In this document: piece by piece, positions 61,922 to 64,000 of the stretch
How the letters are laid out: each line of letters opens with the position of its first letter
How positions within the stretch are numbered: position 1 is the first letter of the stretch
NCBI GenBank assembly: GCA_030692355.1
Contig: JAUYCF010000085.1
Span: 21,880 to 85,879, forward strand
Direction of reading: 5' to 3'
Length of the DNA stretch: 64,000 nucleotides
Source of the DNA: Thiobacillus sp.
Lineage (GTDB): Bacteria; Pseudomonadota; Gammaproteobacteria; Burkholderiales; Thiobacillaceae
Notes under the pieces: generated by a model
What the model saw: the letters and a program-made list of their open reading frames with translations, nothing else
Told to the model about the DNA's origin: nothing
Databases searched by the model: none
Program-made: the position numbers and the translations under genes

Positions 61922-62776
61922 ATGAATAGAAAGTCTTTGCTCCGGCCCGGATTGTATCGAATTTGCGTGACGCTTCCCGATCGTATCCTGCGGCTGGCAG
62001 TGTCATGGTTTAGCAAGCGGCGTACCCGCTGGACGCTGATCCTCCTTGTGGCAGCCCTGCCTGCCCACGCCGACGTCGCCGACACGCTGCAATCCGTGAA
62101 GCCGGGCGTAGTGGGTGTGGGTGTCTTCAACCCCACAGGCAGCCCGCGCGCCAACCTGCAGGGCACCGGCTTTGCCGTGCTGGACGGCACCTACGTCGTG
62201 TCGTGCGCGCACATCTTCGCCAAGCTGCTGGACAGCGAAAAAATGGAAACCCACGCCGTCTTCGTCGGGCGCGATCGCCAGATGACGGTGCGACGCGCCA
62301 AGCTGGTCGCCACCGATACAGCACGCGACCTGGCGCTGCTGAAAATCGAGGGCGATCCGCTTCCCGCGCTGACGCTGGGCGACTCGAGCCGCGCACGCGA
62401 AGGCTGGCAGCTGTATTTCACCGGCTATCCCATCGGCTCGGTGCTCGGGCTCAACCCGTCCACCCATCGCGCCGGCCTCGCCGCCATCATTCCCATTTTC
62501 ACCCCGCTCCCCAGCGCCGCGCAGCTGACCGTGCGCACCCTGAAACAGGCAAAAGATGCGTATGAGGTGTTCGGACTCGACGCCATCGCCTACCCCGGCA
62601 ACAGCGGCAGCCCTGTATGGCATCCCGACACCGGCGAAGTGCTGGGCGTGCTCAATTCGGTGTATGTGAAAGGCGCGAAGGAAGCCGCGCTCACCGCGCC
62701 CAGCGGGATCAGCTACGCCATCCCGGTGAAATATGTGCACCAGTTGCTGGAGCGGGCACTGCCGGAGACAAAATAA
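61922..62776 (+). CDS. Secreted trypsin-like (S1) serine protease
   Basis: SCAHI, DLALL and PGNSGSP triad; signal peptide before ADVA. The true start is likely downstream (about 62000). Confidence 0.85.
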   Translation: MNRKSLLRPGLYRICVTLPDRILRLAVSWFSKRRTRWTLILLVAALPAHADVADTLQSVKPGVVGVGVFNPTGSPRANLQGTGFAVLDGTYVVSCAHIFAKLLDSEKMETHAVFVGRDRQMTVRRAKLVATDTARDLALLKIEGDPLPALTLGDSSRAREGWQLYFTGYPIGSVLGLNPSTHRAGLAAIIPIFTPLPSAAQLTVRTLKQAKDAYEVFGLDAIAYPGNSGSPVWHPDTGEVLGVLNSVYVKGAKEAALTAPSGISYAIPVKYVHQLLERALPETK

Positions 62777-62790
62777 ACGGGGCATGTGGA

Positions 62791-63058
62791 GTCAACAGTC
62801 GGGTGGAAATTCTCGGCTATCACAAGCTGTAAGAAGCCGAACAGGCTGCCCTCACCGAATTACTGGACAACCTGGAACTCGTTTATCTCACCCCCGCCTG
62901 CTACGAAATCGCCATCCAGTTGCGCCAACGACAGAAACTCACCCTGGGTCATCGCCGCGACCTGTCTTGAACGGGGTTACGCCCTTGCAACGGCCAACAC
63001 CGGGGATTTTGGATGGATTGAGGAACTGAAAGCATTCAACCCGCTGGAAAGTCGTTGA
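62791..63058 (+). pseudogene. Degraded VapC/PIN toxin
   Basis: RVEILGYHKL*EAEQAALTELL...AIQLRQRQKLTLG, then a frameshift near 62950 into IAATCLERGYALATANTGDFGWIEELKAFNPL. In-frame TAA at 62830; no 5' end. Confidence 0.7.
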
Positions 63059-63121
63059 GCCAATGGGATAGGCAAGGCCCCGCCCCTTGCCCAACACGCC
63101 GGAAACTGTCCCCAATGCTGA

Positions 63122-63271
63122 AAATACGACGAGGCCAGAAATGCGGCCATCGGGTTTGATGTAACGGGACGCTTGCTTTATGTGGTTCACATCGAGTTTG
63201 ACGCGGCCTGTATCCGGATCATTTCAGCCCGCCGTGCAGGACCAGAAGAAGAGGAACGCTATGCTTACTGA
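63122..63271 (+). pseudogene. 5'-truncated BrnT-family toxin
   Basis: YDEARNAAIGFDVTGRLLYVVHIEFDAACIRIISARRAG...RY; in-frame TGA at 63119 and no start codon. Confidence 0.7.
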
Positions 63272-63536
63272 TCGCTTGAGAAAAAGGCTTGTGAAAGACT
63301 GTCCGCAAACGACCGTCACCATCCGCTTTCCGGTTGACGTGGTGGACTCCATGAAGGAGATCGCCCCACGCAAGGGGTTTTCCGGGTACCAGACCTTGCT
63401 CAAATCTTATGTGAGCGAGGGGTTGCGCAGGGATGAGGCCATGCTCTCACTCGGCAAGGAAGCCCGGCTGACTGAAGCCCTCAAAAAACGGGGCGTGCCC
63501 GAGAGTTTGATCGAGGAAGCCGAACGGGATGCATAA
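63261..63536 (+). CDS. BrnA/CopG-like ribbon-helix-helix antitoxin
   Basis: TTVTIRFPVDVVDSMKEIA...GYQTLLKSYVSEGL; overlaps the BrnT fragment. Confidence 0.72.
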   Translation: MLTDRLRKRLVKDCPQTTVTIRFPVDVVDSMKEIAPRKGFSGYQTLLKSYVSEGLRRDEAMLSLGKEARLTEALKKRGVPESLIEEAERDA

Positions 63537-63587
63537 CGCCGCAAGTGAAACGAGGAGGACGTCACCTCTATCAGCAAAGAGTTGTGT

Positions 63588-64000
63588 CTATTTTCCGGGG
63601 TGGCGTGCATCAAATCCAGACCCGACCCCAGCGCTCGGACGCGACCCCAGCGCTCGGACGAACAGCACCAGACCGACAACATCCAGAGGGCGCCGCGTAT
63701 CGCCCCGGTAATCCGGCATGTGGCGATGCGCCAGCCACAGCGCCATCAGCCCCACCGGCACGTTGATGAAGAAGATGTAGTGCCACGACAGCCAGTGAAC
63801 GATCAGGCCGCCGACCGTGGGCCCGAGCAGCGGGCCGATCAGCGCCGGGATGATGACGAAGTTCATCGCCCGCAGCAGTTCCGATTTTGGGAAAGTGCGG
63901 ATGATCGCCAGCCGCCCCACCGGCATCATCATCGCCGCGCCCACGCCCTGCAGAATCCGCCCCGCTACCAGCATCGGCGCGTTCTGCGCCAGGCCGCACA
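63588..64000 (-). pseudogene. DHA2/EmrB-like MFS efflux transporter, 3'-truncated (5' end outside window)
   Basis: GRILQGVGAAMMMPVG, PALIGPLLGPTVGG, WHYIFFINVPVG, RPLDVVGLVLF, then repeat-derived sequence and an early stop. Confidence 0.75.
63624..63660. repeat. Tandem 18-bp repeat GACCCCAGCGCTCGGACG
   Basis: Copies at 63624-63641 and 63643-63660, at the MFS break point. Confidence 0.8.

Noticed and set aside
63531-63587. attC-like site after the BrnA-like gene (GCATAAC containing the stop ... GTTGTGT, 57 bp)
   Set aside because: Outer boxes pair only with wobble, the inner L boxes are not complementary, and no integrase or neighbouring attC is present. Kept only as a weak hint.

Overview
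GC-rich betaproteobacterial chromosome segment; gene order and protein sequences suggest a Thiobacillus-like organism (inference). The core is a complete minus-strand dcw cluster (mraZ-rsmH-ftsL-ftsI-murE-murF-mraY-murD-ftsW-murG-murC-murB-ddl-ftsQ-ftsA-ftsZ-lpxC), preceded by a compact RNase P RNA gene. The rsmI/yraN/gmhA(diaA)-like/BON-lipoprotein block, pyrC, ubiD, dacB, pbpG, arginase and a tviB/tviC-like pair are also present. Accessory content: (i) four toxin-antitoxin loci, several decayed or next to broken genes, one inside a 2 kb islet flanked by a 9-bp direct repeat; (ii) many signalling modules (OM beta-barrel + 7TM histidine kinase with a divergent LuxR regulator, HDOD-kinase + REC-PAS-GGDEF-EAL, CheY-CheC-PAS/GGDEF, EAL-HDOD, HDOD-GAF); (iii) several families of miniature palindromic repeats, including a REP doublet nested in a MITE-like shell. 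Most notable details: a promoter-terminator leader before rnk, a GmhA/DiaA homologue with all four metal-ligand positions as His, four genes with a -10 box exactly 6 nt before ATG (candidate leaderless mRNAs), and DnaA boxes upstream of the dcw promoter. No CRISPR array, tRNA, rRNA or intact transposase/integrase was seen. All calls come from reading the sequence; no database search was run.
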